Source of the DNA: the human T2T-CHM13v2.0 reference genome, Homo sapiens
NCBI RefSeq assembly: GCF_009914755.1
Contig: NC_060931.1
Reading direction: 5' to 3' (one strand)
DNA: 64,000 nucleotides
Part shown: positions 52,402 through 64,000 of the stretch, in pieces
Position numbering within the stretch: position 1 is the stretch's first letter
Layout of the letters: the number at the start of each line of letters is the position of its first letter
Made by a program: the position numbers and the translations under genes
Notes under the pieces: model-generated
The model's database searches: none
Seen by the model: the letters and a program-made list of their open reading frames with translations, nothing else
What the model was told of the DNA's origin: nothing

Positions 52402-53531
52402 GTAAGTGAAATGATCATATTATCTTCTAAAACTTGCGTCTCTTTACCTTGATAGAATGACTTTACATGATACATTCAAATTTGCGTTCATATATTCTGG
52501 TTCAGACTTGAGTGACAACTACTGAGAAAAGCTTATATTTAAAAAAATAGGTAATGATACCCAGGTAATTCTTTGCTAAATTATAAAAATTCATAATATT
52601 TGATCTAGAAAAGGAACTAGAGCCCTCGCACTGCCCCTTTGAATTGCAGATGTGGTCAGTGTTCTGAATTCTTGAAATTTCTGTAGTAAGCAGTAGAGAA
52701 AGTGACTGGTGTGTGAGTGTCCCCTCCTCCTTCACCATCGGAAGCAGATCTGGATGACCTCATGCAGTGATACTTTGCTCCCTGAGCATCAGTCCACCAG
52801 TGTTTCTTTTCACAAAATCAGAGTGGATGCAGATGATGCTGGCCTCTTAGTCCACAGTCAAGCAAATCGAGCCTGAGGCTGCAGAGTCTGTCTCGGGCCA
52901 GGGCAGGGACTAATGTGGGTGGGCAAGGGGACAGCCTGGTTCAGGCAGGCAGCACCTTTCTGTGGGGCAGGTGGCCCTGGGCATGGAGAAGTGGTGATGA
53001 GAGCACCGCTGCACGTGGCCGGGTCACCATGTAGACGCACTGTCCTGCCTGAACATTGCATCTGTTCTCAGCTGCAGGAGAAAGCAGTGCTACCCCGCAG
53101 AGCTTCTCTCACAGCCCCCCTGAGGGAGACGGAAAGGTAGTGAACTCCAGGATGGCTTTAGCAGTTCTCATTAGTTAAAAATTGACATCTTAGCACTTCA
53201 ATTTAAAAACATAGAGGTGGACTTTTAAATGTTATTTTGAGTTGACTTTGGCAGGCTGAAAGAAAGTAAATTAAAAAAAACAACAAAAACCTAGAGTTGT
53301 TGCTCTCGGAGATAAGCTCTGGGAAAACTTATCTTAGTACCTCATGCTATTTTTAAAACAGTACATTTATTTTTGCCAGCTGATACCCTTCTGTGAGGAG
53401 TTGAATTTGAAGACCACTTGGCTGTTTCACAAAACCAGAAGTAATTACAGGTAGAATTTGCAGTCTTCCACTGGTTACTGACTCTCTGCTGCCAAATTTC
53501 TCATGATGGAGAAGAAAGGACTTTGCTTGCC

Positions 53532-53856
<325 letters not shown>

Positions 53857-54408
53857 TAGTATGTTGTTTTCATGCATTCGCCATCATCCCCGTTAATAGT
53901 CTTCAAAGGAGAGCTGGCAACTCCATCATTGCTTTCTTGCTTTGAGATTTTTGTTTCGGTACTCTTTGGGAGAGAATTCCTAAGAAGGTTTTTAGAATAA
54001 AATTGTCCTCAACCAGATTGACTAATTACACATTATAACTACAACTTGAATAACATTTAAAGAGTTGGTTATTTCTGTTTGATAGGTTGGTGCTGTTATA
54101 TGTCAAGGCTTTTTAAATCGGTTTTAAGAAATAAGCATTATTTTGGTGGAGGTAGAAATTTCACAACATTCATAAGTTCTAAACATCTAGAAATGGTTGG
54201 AGGAAACATTTTCGTTTTGAAGATAGTTTCATTAAGTAATCCCTGCTGTGCTCCTTTGCTTACAGAAAAAAATGTTAAAGATAACTCAAAATAGGATAGT
54301 TGGTGTAATTATAATTCTCCTTACTTCAGCTTTCTCTTCATCCTTTTTATTCTTTAAGCTTGGGGGAAAATGTTTGGATGTTCTCGTATCTTAAAACTGG
54401 AGGAGAGA

Positions 54409-54817
<409 letters not shown>

Positions 54818-55436
54818 TCATAAATACTTAAATCCTTACCTCTGGATCCCAACTGTTACTCTTTTTTTCACTTCAAAATTTGCAAACTCATTTCTATCCA
54901 TCAAACCCCGGAAATGGCCCAGGGGCTTCACAGTGCAGTCCCCTCCCTCCTGCTGCATCCGTTCCTCAGGCTGTGCCCCAGGTTGCATTCGTGGTGCGTG
55001 TTTTCTCCCAGGGCAGCCTTCCCCACATTCCACTCTTGTCATACTGTTGACTCACAAAATGGAAGTGGCTGAATGTTCCAGGGATAGTGTCTAAGAGCTA
55101 TTGGTTTAAGGTTGAAACCTACACCAAGTAAGGCTTTGTGAAGGGAGATGACGAGAGTGAAGTTGTTGACAGTCTGAAGGTGAAGAGATTCCGAGGCTCA
55201 GTTCAGCACCGGGACCAGACCCGCCCAGATCCAGGGTAATTTGAGGTCTGTGTTTGGTGCTGATGGTTTTGCCCAGTGCACTCCACACCCTCTCCTTCTT
55301 AGCTGTCTCAGTTCTCTTCAGATGCCTTTGTTCTAACTTATGCTTCCCTCCCTTAAGAAGAAACATAGTTACTTGCAAGAATAACCATGCTCAAAAGTTA
55401 CAAGTTGGCTTTGCTTCAAGTTATATGGTCTCCTAG

Positions 55437-55921
<485 letters not shown>

Positions 55922-56099
55922 TAGCTTCAAGTCCTTTCTCAAGAGTAAGCTGCAAACTGCCAACAGCAATCAAGCCTGTCCTGCTGCCACTGCCCGGCCC
56001 CACTGGGCCACCTGGAGGCAGAGTCCCGCCCACCTCAGTGTCAGCTTGGGATTTGATTTGCCGTTCCTGTTTTTGATTGACCCAATTCAGCTGCTAATG

Positions 56100-56340
56100 A
56101 TAATAATACTATTATTGTTATTGAGGGTTTACATTTGTTGGGCTCTTACTGCTGCACAGGAGGCATTGTGCTGAGCGTTTCCATTGTTAGCCAGTTTAGT
56201 CCTCATAACACAAGTCTTTGAAGTAGAAACTATTATTAGCCCATTTTTAAAAGGGGAAATTGCAGCTTAGGAAGATTAAACAACTTGGCCAAGTGGGTGG
56301 CAGAGGTCGACGTGGCACCGTGCTTCTCATTAGCATACCA
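56100..56340 (-). mobile_element. MIR SINE
   Basis: tattattagcccatttt...ggaaattgcagcttag...aacaacttggccaag. Confidence 0.65.
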
Positions 56341-57793
56341 CACTGCCCTTTCAACACATAGCTCGCACCTGCCTTCACCCTGGAAGCAGGTTTACAGCAG
56401 CCTGTGTTGGTGTCTGGGTTGCCATTTACAATGTGCCACCATTAGGCAACACTGCTGGAAGTCCCTGTGCCACGTGTCAGGTCCGCCCGGGCTGGCTGTC
56501 GTTCGTCTCTGGCGTCTTTGCCAGGCCTCACTGTGGCCTCTGTCGACCAGGGATTCTAAAAGTCCACTTCCCATTTATTTATCAGCACATTAGTGAACAG
56601 GGAGTCAAATGTGATGACCAGTTTTCTTTCCAGGTTGCTGCCAAGAGTTTGCTCTTTTGTTTTCTCACCGCAGTTTGTATAGAACCCTCCCAGTGTTCAT
56701 ATCTAAAAATTGGCAGTGCTTTCACATGATCAATTCCTAAAAGCATGTATGTTTCCTAGAAGGTCTTATTGTGTGTGTCCCCAGGGTAGTAACTGGCATA
56801 CCTGGGTGACTCAACCCAGACTCATGACTTTCTTACCTGTCTGTTCAGATGAGAGGCTCTTGCTGTTTTCTGGATGAGTAATCTCCGTCATTGCTGAAGG
56901 TGAGGAGCTCAGCTCCTTCCTCTTAAAGTGAGTGGAGGGCAATTAAGTAACGTGGGAAGTCACGATTCTGAGGGAAAAAAATTCTGTATGGAGGTTTCTC
57001 TTTTGCCCTTTAGCAGAAGCTCCGTGGCCTCAGGAAGGTCATTTAATCTCTCTGGCTTTGCTTCTTCATCAGTGAAATACTGTTCTCCATTAAGAATTTA
57101 CCCTGAGGTGCCTGGTCATAGTAGTAACTGTAGTGTCTACCTCTCAGAAGCTCTGTGAGGGTCAGATGAGGAAGAACATGTAGAAAGGATTTCCCAACTG
57201 TGAAGCTCTGTGTGAATTGAGGGCACACAGAGCTTCAGTATTACAAAGCATGACCTATTTCCAATGTCTGTTTCAACAAACTGCTGGTAAGGTGGGTTAT
57301 AACACAGGCATCAGATACTAATAAAGGTTTGTGGCAGAAACCTCCCTTCAGATAAAGGTTCAATCCCTTAAATTGCAGTTAGAACTTTCAGGAACCTATC
57401 ATACCCTAAGCATCACCATGCTTTGATAAAATTGGGTGTTTCCTTTATATAGATATTAATTTAGTTAAACTTTCACCAAGATCTTACACTTACATAACGG
57501 GCTTTATATAAGGGCCTCAGCAGCGTAATTTCACCTGAGGCAGAGAATTATCCTAATTTTGCAGGTGAGAGCTGTGGCTCACGGGGCCAGAGCCATGAAG
57601 ACGGCGCAGGGGAGCTGGGAGAGCTGGCCTCGGTCTCCAGTTCTCTGCACATGTCCCACCTCTCAATCTTGTTGCTTCAGTCAAAGAAAGTGTCAATCTT
57701 TCCCATGTTAGGACCTACTTAATTGGTAATTAAAATATTTATACATTTAGTGCTAATTTTCTCTTTCCTTTTTTTTTTCCTTTCTACACATAG

Positions 57794-57823
57794 GGTGTTC
57801 CTGAAAAGCCCCATAGTGATTGA
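57794..57823 (+). CDS. INSIG1: INSIG1 exon 6 coding part (GVPEKPHSD*), completing 277 aa
   Basis: Polypyrimidine tract and tag|; total CDS 412+125+167+100+30 = 834 nt; C-terminal KxHxx motif. Confidence 0.97.
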   Translation, partial: GVPEKPHSD

Positions 57824-59789
57824 GTCTTCAAAACCACCGATTCTGAGAGCAAGGAAGATTTTGGAAGAAAATCTGACTGTGGATTATGACAAAGATTATC
57901 TTTTTTCTTAAGTAATCTATTTAGATCGGGCTGACTGTACAAATGACTCCTGGAAAAAACTCTTCACCTAGTCTAGAATAGGGAGGTGGAGAATGATGAC
58001 TTACCCTGAAGTCTTCCCTTGACTGCCCGCACTGGCGCCTGTCTGTGCCCTGGAGCATTCTGCCCAGGCTACGTGGGTTCAGGCAGGTGGCAGCTTCCCA
58101 AGTATTCGATTTCATTCATGTGATTAAAACAAGTTGCCATATTTCAAAGCCTTGAACTAAGACTCAATTACCAACCCGCAGTTTTGTGTCAGTGCCCAAA
58201 GGAGGTAGGTTGATGGTGCTTAACAAACATGAAGTATGGTGTAATAGGAATAATATTTATCCAAAAGATTTTTAAAAATAGGGCTGTGTTTAAAAAAAAA
58301 AACAAAACAAGAAAAGCAGCAGTGATTATAGAGAGGTCACACTCTAAGTGGGGTCGCGGCGTGGCCACGCTTCACGGTCACGCTCGTCCGTCCTGCAGTG
58401 GCGTGTTTACATGGTCACACGTGTGTGTATCACCAGTGGGTCAACTGCTTGTCATTCCTCCCGTGGCAGTTTGTGTAGACAATCTTACTGAGCAAAAGGC
58501 AATGAAAAGTCTTGGTTCCCACACTGCGATATATTGGAATTTTCACCTCAGTTTATGAAGTTTATTTCGAAATCCATAGTCATCTAAGAATGAATACCTG
58601 TCTGCCATGTATTTCAATCTTAGTGAGCCAAAATTGTTTGTTTGTTACTACAGAATAGAGATGACTGTTTTTTGCCACAGCCCTATGGAATTTGCAATCT
58701 GTGATTGCCTTGTAAAAAGGAGAGTGCATATGGCACTGCATTAAACGTGTGGTGTTTCTAGTCAATGATATTGGTGAGCACAATGTATTCATTTAATGGC
58801 ATAGACCATACCAGACCTAATTTGCAAGTATTGGGTCTTAAACTTCAAGTGCAATGTATATGAAAACCAATCTGAGCCTTGTATCTCTTAAATATTTATT
58901 TTTTTTAACGTGTGAGATGTTCGAGAGAAGGTTCTCCATTCATTTCAGTGCTGCCTGGAGGAAACTCGGCAATGATTTCTTTCAGTTGTGAAGTTCCTTT
59001 CGTGTTACACCCTCCACTGAACCCTCAACCTTCGAAATACTCCAGTTTTGTGGGTTTGGTCATTTTTACTTATAAATTTACCTTTTTGTATTTTGCAATT
59101 TACATGTGTTTGGTTTGTTTTAAATTCTGTGAAAGTGGCTTGATTAAAAGACTCCTTTTAAATGGAAGCCACCAGTCAGCAGAATGGAAGCTTAGAGGAA
59201 CTTGCCTGTGAGCGCTGGTCTTTGTGTTTGGTTTTGTGATGTAACGATCTTTGCTGGGGTTTTTTGCTTTGTTTTGAGGGAAATGTCTTGGAGTAAATTT
59301 TAAGTTCCTGGAGTTAATTTGTTTTACAGGAATTTTGTTTTTTAAAAAAATAGGATCATTCTGAACTTTGGAATGGCCCCCTTATATATTTTCTGAAAAT
59401 GAAAACAGTTACATGAAAAAAATTTCCAATGAAGATGTCAGCATTTTATGAAAAACCAGAAGTTATTAGATGAAAGCAGCGAGTGAATCTTTAAAACAGA
59501 CTTGATCACGCACACACAATAAGTCTTTCTCTCCGAAACCGGAAGTAAATCTATATCTGTTAGAAATAATGTAGCCAAAAGAATGTAAATTTGAGGATTT
59601 TTTTGCCAATAGTTTATAGAAAATATATGAACCAAAGTGATTTGAGTTTGTAAAAATGTAAAATAGTATGAACAAAATTTGCACTCTACCAGATTTGAAC
59701 ATCTAGTGAGGTTCACATTCATACTAAGTTTTCAACATTGTGTTCTTTTTGCATTCATTTTTTACTTTTATTAAAGGTTCAAAACCAAG
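57824..59789 (+). other. INSIG1: INSIG1 3' UTR (about 2 kb, AU-rich)
   Basis: Repeat-free AU-rich stretch between the stop codon and the poly(A) signal. Confidence 0.8.
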
Positions 59790-59812
59790 TGTTGTATTTA
59801 TGTTTGCTTTTT
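59770..59812 (+). terminator. INSIG1: Poly(A) signal ATTAAA with downstream GU/U-rich element
   Basis: ATTAAA 59770-59775; gtgttgtatttatgtttgcttttt follows. Confidence 0.8.
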
Positions 59813-59926
59813 AAAAAACAGTTGGGGTGGTGTTCTCTGTGTAGGATGTTAGAATTTGTAATGGAGAAATATTTTGCAGTTCTTCAAATTTTACTGAATT
59901 TTGACACAACCTCTTGGGAAGTATTT

Positions 59927-60155
59927 GAATCATCCTTCAATATACACAGGACATTGGTTCCAGGATACCCCACGTATGCGAAAATCTGCATACTCAAGTC
60001 TGGCACTTGGCCCTACGGAACCTGCGTACACTAAAAGTCAGCCCTTCGTATACGTGGGTTTCACATTCAGCAAATAAACCATGTTTGGTTGGAAAAGCTC
60101 CATGTATATAAGTGGACCCACAGGTTCAAACCCTGTGTTGTTTAAGGGTCAACAG
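59927..60155 (+). mobile_element. MER8-like Tigger MITE
   Basis: ttggttccagga...catactcaagtc...ataagtggaccca...tgttgtttaagggtcaac. Confidence 0.8.
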
Positions 60156-60655
60156 TATGTGTTTTTCTTATGGTAGAAAGTTTTAAGTGCAGCACGAGCT
60201 GAATTGAACCTGCCACCTTACCCCTCCTCACCACAGGCACCCGGTTTTCAGGCAGGAGGAGCGGGCATGCCTGGCCTGTCACAGGGGCAGCTCCCCTGCT
60301 GCCAGCCGGCGTGGCTGGAGTTACTTGCACTCACAGGTTATCACGATGGGGTGAGAACTGAAGAGATGCGTTGAGCACCAGGAACATTAATGCTAGGCAG
60401 GCTTCACATTACTTGTAGTTGTGAAATCGCATGTCAGTACTAGCAGAGAAAGGCCTTACCTTATATGTACCAATCCATTTTATAACACAGATCCAAACCA
60501 ATAGGTTTCTACTACATTTAAAACATGAAACATCCATGTATGGAAAAACTGGTAGATCTCATGATAAAAACATTTCCCTCATTACAGAGACTTGAGGTTT
60601 GCCTGAGATTAACCCAATTTATGTGGATCAAGTATAGGAATGCCTGCTGAACTAG

Positions 60656-60981
<326 letters not shown>

Positions 60982-63836
60982 TAAGTTTTGGAGGTTAAAC
61001 GTTTCCTGGAATTTTTCTGATCTATTGAGCAAGTGATGGAATGAAACCATTTCATTAAGGGTAAGGTGTGTAATTTACAGAAGATTTCCTTGTTCACGTC
61101 TTTTCAACTGAATGAGCAAGGCTGAGTAAATAGGAACTCAAGATAGATTCAAAGATGTTTGTTTGGCTAGTTTTAAAAGCCACCTGTGATCTTAACCTAA
61201 GCAAGATTTCCGGCAGGTTGGTTTAAATGAATTAGATATAATCATTTGGTGACCTGGCACTCTCCCTATCCTTGAATTATAGACATTTCCTTTATCCTGG
61301 TGGTAAAAAGAAACGAGAGAAGGGAGCAATTATAAATCTAAACTTGCCTTTTCTACTTTACCTGTTAAAACAGACCTTTTACTAAGAATGTTCACTTTCT
61401 CAGAGTTTCAGATCATCTCTTTGTAATAATGTAACTTTAGCATACCCTTCTAGGGATATTCTCTTTGAAAAGTGTTAATGCTGTAAAATATTAATAAAGA
61501 TACTAAAATTTAGCCTTAATGTATATTATGCAATAAGCTGACCTAGTCCTCACTAATCCACCATTTTATTTACTCTTGGACTGAGGTGAGCTTGTAAGCA
61601 ATAAATTAGTCACAGGAGGGATTTCATATTGATCCCTAAATGTAGTCAAAATATGCAAAGAAAAAGGTGCATGAAATAGATCCAAGTCCTAATACCCAAA
61701 CATAGTGCCCTGTAGACTTTATACATCTTGGTAAGATTCATACCTGAAGAATGGCTTCCCTGAGCATTTATAAAAACACCTAATAGTGCCTGGCACAAGA
61801 TAAGCTCTCAATAAATGTTACTTTCTCTTCTTGCCCCAGTTTTCTCAGGGAAGAATAAACGGCTGAGATCGTGCGTTAGGTATGGTAGTGCCAGTCTACG
61901 TTTGTAGTCTTCAAGACAAATGGTCACATAACATGAAAAGTGGTTTTTTTATTACTATTTCCACGTATTCGACACTTAATTTTTCTGAGTGCTTTGACAC
62001 CCTTTTTTCCTCATTGTTCTCCACGTTCCCAAGTTCAGGAACAGAAGGAAGATGAAGTCAAAAGCGCTGGGTCCACAGAAGTAATTTCCTCATCAGAACC
62101 TAGCTCTTCGTATTTTTTTCTGTGTCTTCTCTCAGGCAAGTTTTTCATTTAAAATCATAGGTGTCTTCCAGTTCATCCCTCAGACCTCACCAAAGGGTCA
62201 TCCCTGGCTCTCCTCTTCACATCAAACCTCCCAGAGTTCCTCCGGGCTGCAGAGCCCTTGTCACAGTGGCCACCAGAGTGGGCACTGTCAGGCTGCTTTC
62301 CTCCCGCAGGCCAGACCCCCGGCAGAGAGGAGCCGCCTCCTTGCTTGTCCTATCCTGGTGCCTCGCCACAGCCTGGATCCTGCTTCATCACATGTGTGTG
62401 CTGGAAGCGTGTGAAGAGATGACATCCCCCACTTGGTCACTGGCCATCCAGGAAATATTTCTGGGTGCCTATCATGACAGAGGCAGGCACATGGGCTGTC
62501 CCCAGTCCCATCCTGTTGCCAACAGCCCTTGAGTCCCCTTCTGATTTGTGATCTCCAATCTGTGGGGAATGAGATAAATAAAGCTGTTAGAATCAATCAT
62601 ACAATGAAAATCTGGGTCAAGATCCAGGGAGGACTCCTCCAAGTAGAGTGGATGAGTTTCAGTGGCAGGATTTGTTTTAACACCAATACGAGCTGTTACA
62701 GGATTAGGGATTCTTTTTCCCAGGAATGGGGTTGGAAGTGTGCTGAACCGTCCACACCCTCCCGCCCCACTGCACTGGTGCCCGGCATCTGCTTGTGGGT
62801 GGCCAGTGTGACACCCACAGGCCCAGGAGGAAGCACCCCACGGGCAGCACCAGTACAGAGTCCTTGAATCCCTCAGAGCCTTCGCCCATTCCCACCTGCC
62901 AGCCTGCCCTTCCCGGGTACACACTGATTCCTCAGAAATTCCATCTTTTCAAGGAGGAAGGCTGCTTGCTTCGGTATGTGATATCTGTCCCTGCCCTTCA
63001 AATTAGGTCTCATTTGCCATCAACTGCTTTCAAACCCATCCCTATTTTCTTTAGTGCCCAGGGGCCTGCTGACCCAGGCTAATGTGGACATTTGGCCTCC
63101 CCTTTTCTCCTCATTCCGCATCAATCACGTTAGTTGCAAACACCCAGCTAGGGCAGGGTGCATGTGAGCAGATGACTGCGAGAGAAAGATCCCAGGGTCA
63201 GGAGGGTAGCAGTGTCCACGGACCTGCACCAACCTTGCTCCTAAAAAGCCACTTCCTACCGCCTGTTCCCTGTCCTTGCCAGCCCAGGAGTGGTGTGCGA
63301 GCCTGCGTGTAATCAATCCCCCTCCACAAGCCCGGCTTGCTGGGCCGGCTCTGGGGCTTCCTGCCTTTGCCTCATCACACACTGCTCTTCATGTCTTCCT
63401 CAAACATCCAGCCAGCTGTAGGAGCTGCCTGAAGAAAGGTCAGCATGCCAGCAAATTATGTGGAAGACCGTTTCAGAGTTTAACGCATCCACCAGGAGGG
63501 AGAGTTTGCACCGTATTAATCATGCCAGGACTGGAAATAAATCGTGAGTCCTTTTATTAGGCTGGGCACATGGAAAAGCCCTTTCCTAAGGTTTCTCCTG
63601 AATGAAATTGTTGCATTTCCTAAGCTCCACATACAGGTATTTGCAATTATTTGATTGTTCATTTTGAAACTGTGGGGGAAATGTTCTTGAACACTTACTG
63701 TGTGCCAGGAATCATGCTGTGCTCTGGGAGCCCAGCAGTGTGCAAAGCAGGTTCCTGCCCAAATAGGAGCTGTCAGAAATCTACCTGTTCACTGGAGATC
63801 CTGGTTACACTTCTGGAGACTTAAAATGCTTTGGGG

Positions 63837-64000
63837 AATCAACTCAAGATGGATCAAAGACTTAAACGTAAGACCTAGGACCATTAAAATCCTAGAAGAA
63901 AACCTGGGCAATACCATTCAGGACATAGGCATGGACAAAGACTCCATGTCTAAAACACCAAAAGCAATGGAAACAAAAGCCAAAATTGACAAATGAATCT
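63837..64000 (+). mobile_element. 5'-truncated L1PA (ORF2 C-terminal region), runs off the window
   Basis: [31 protein letters not shown]...KAKIDK is L1 ORF2p. Confidence 0.92.

Overview
This is eukaryotic DNA, not prokaryotic: primate, almost certainly human, from the INSIG1 locus (7q36 by prior knowledge). The only protein-coding gene I can support is INSIG1 on the + strand. It has a CpG-island/TATA promoter near 47.4 kb, a non-coding exon 1, five coding exons that splice to the 277-aa protein, and a poly(A) signal at 59770. Intron 3 carries textbook U12 (minor spliceosome) signals. The 46 kb upstream is intergenic and rich in Alu, L1/L2/MIR, MaLR/ERVL LTRs, Tigger/hAT fossils, microsatellites and three minisatellites. 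The most unusual structures are: (i) a 197-bp local duplication whose first copy lies exactly between 15-bp CAG-initiated inverted repeats with TSD-like flanks (31053-31290); (ii) a rare SVA2-like retroposon nested in MER6; (iii) an 18-bp VNTR built from EBF-like and SRE-like motifs; (iv) splice-frame features around the INSIG1 minor intron. Repeat family names come from recalled consensus sequences and their boundaries are approximate. No databases were searched.
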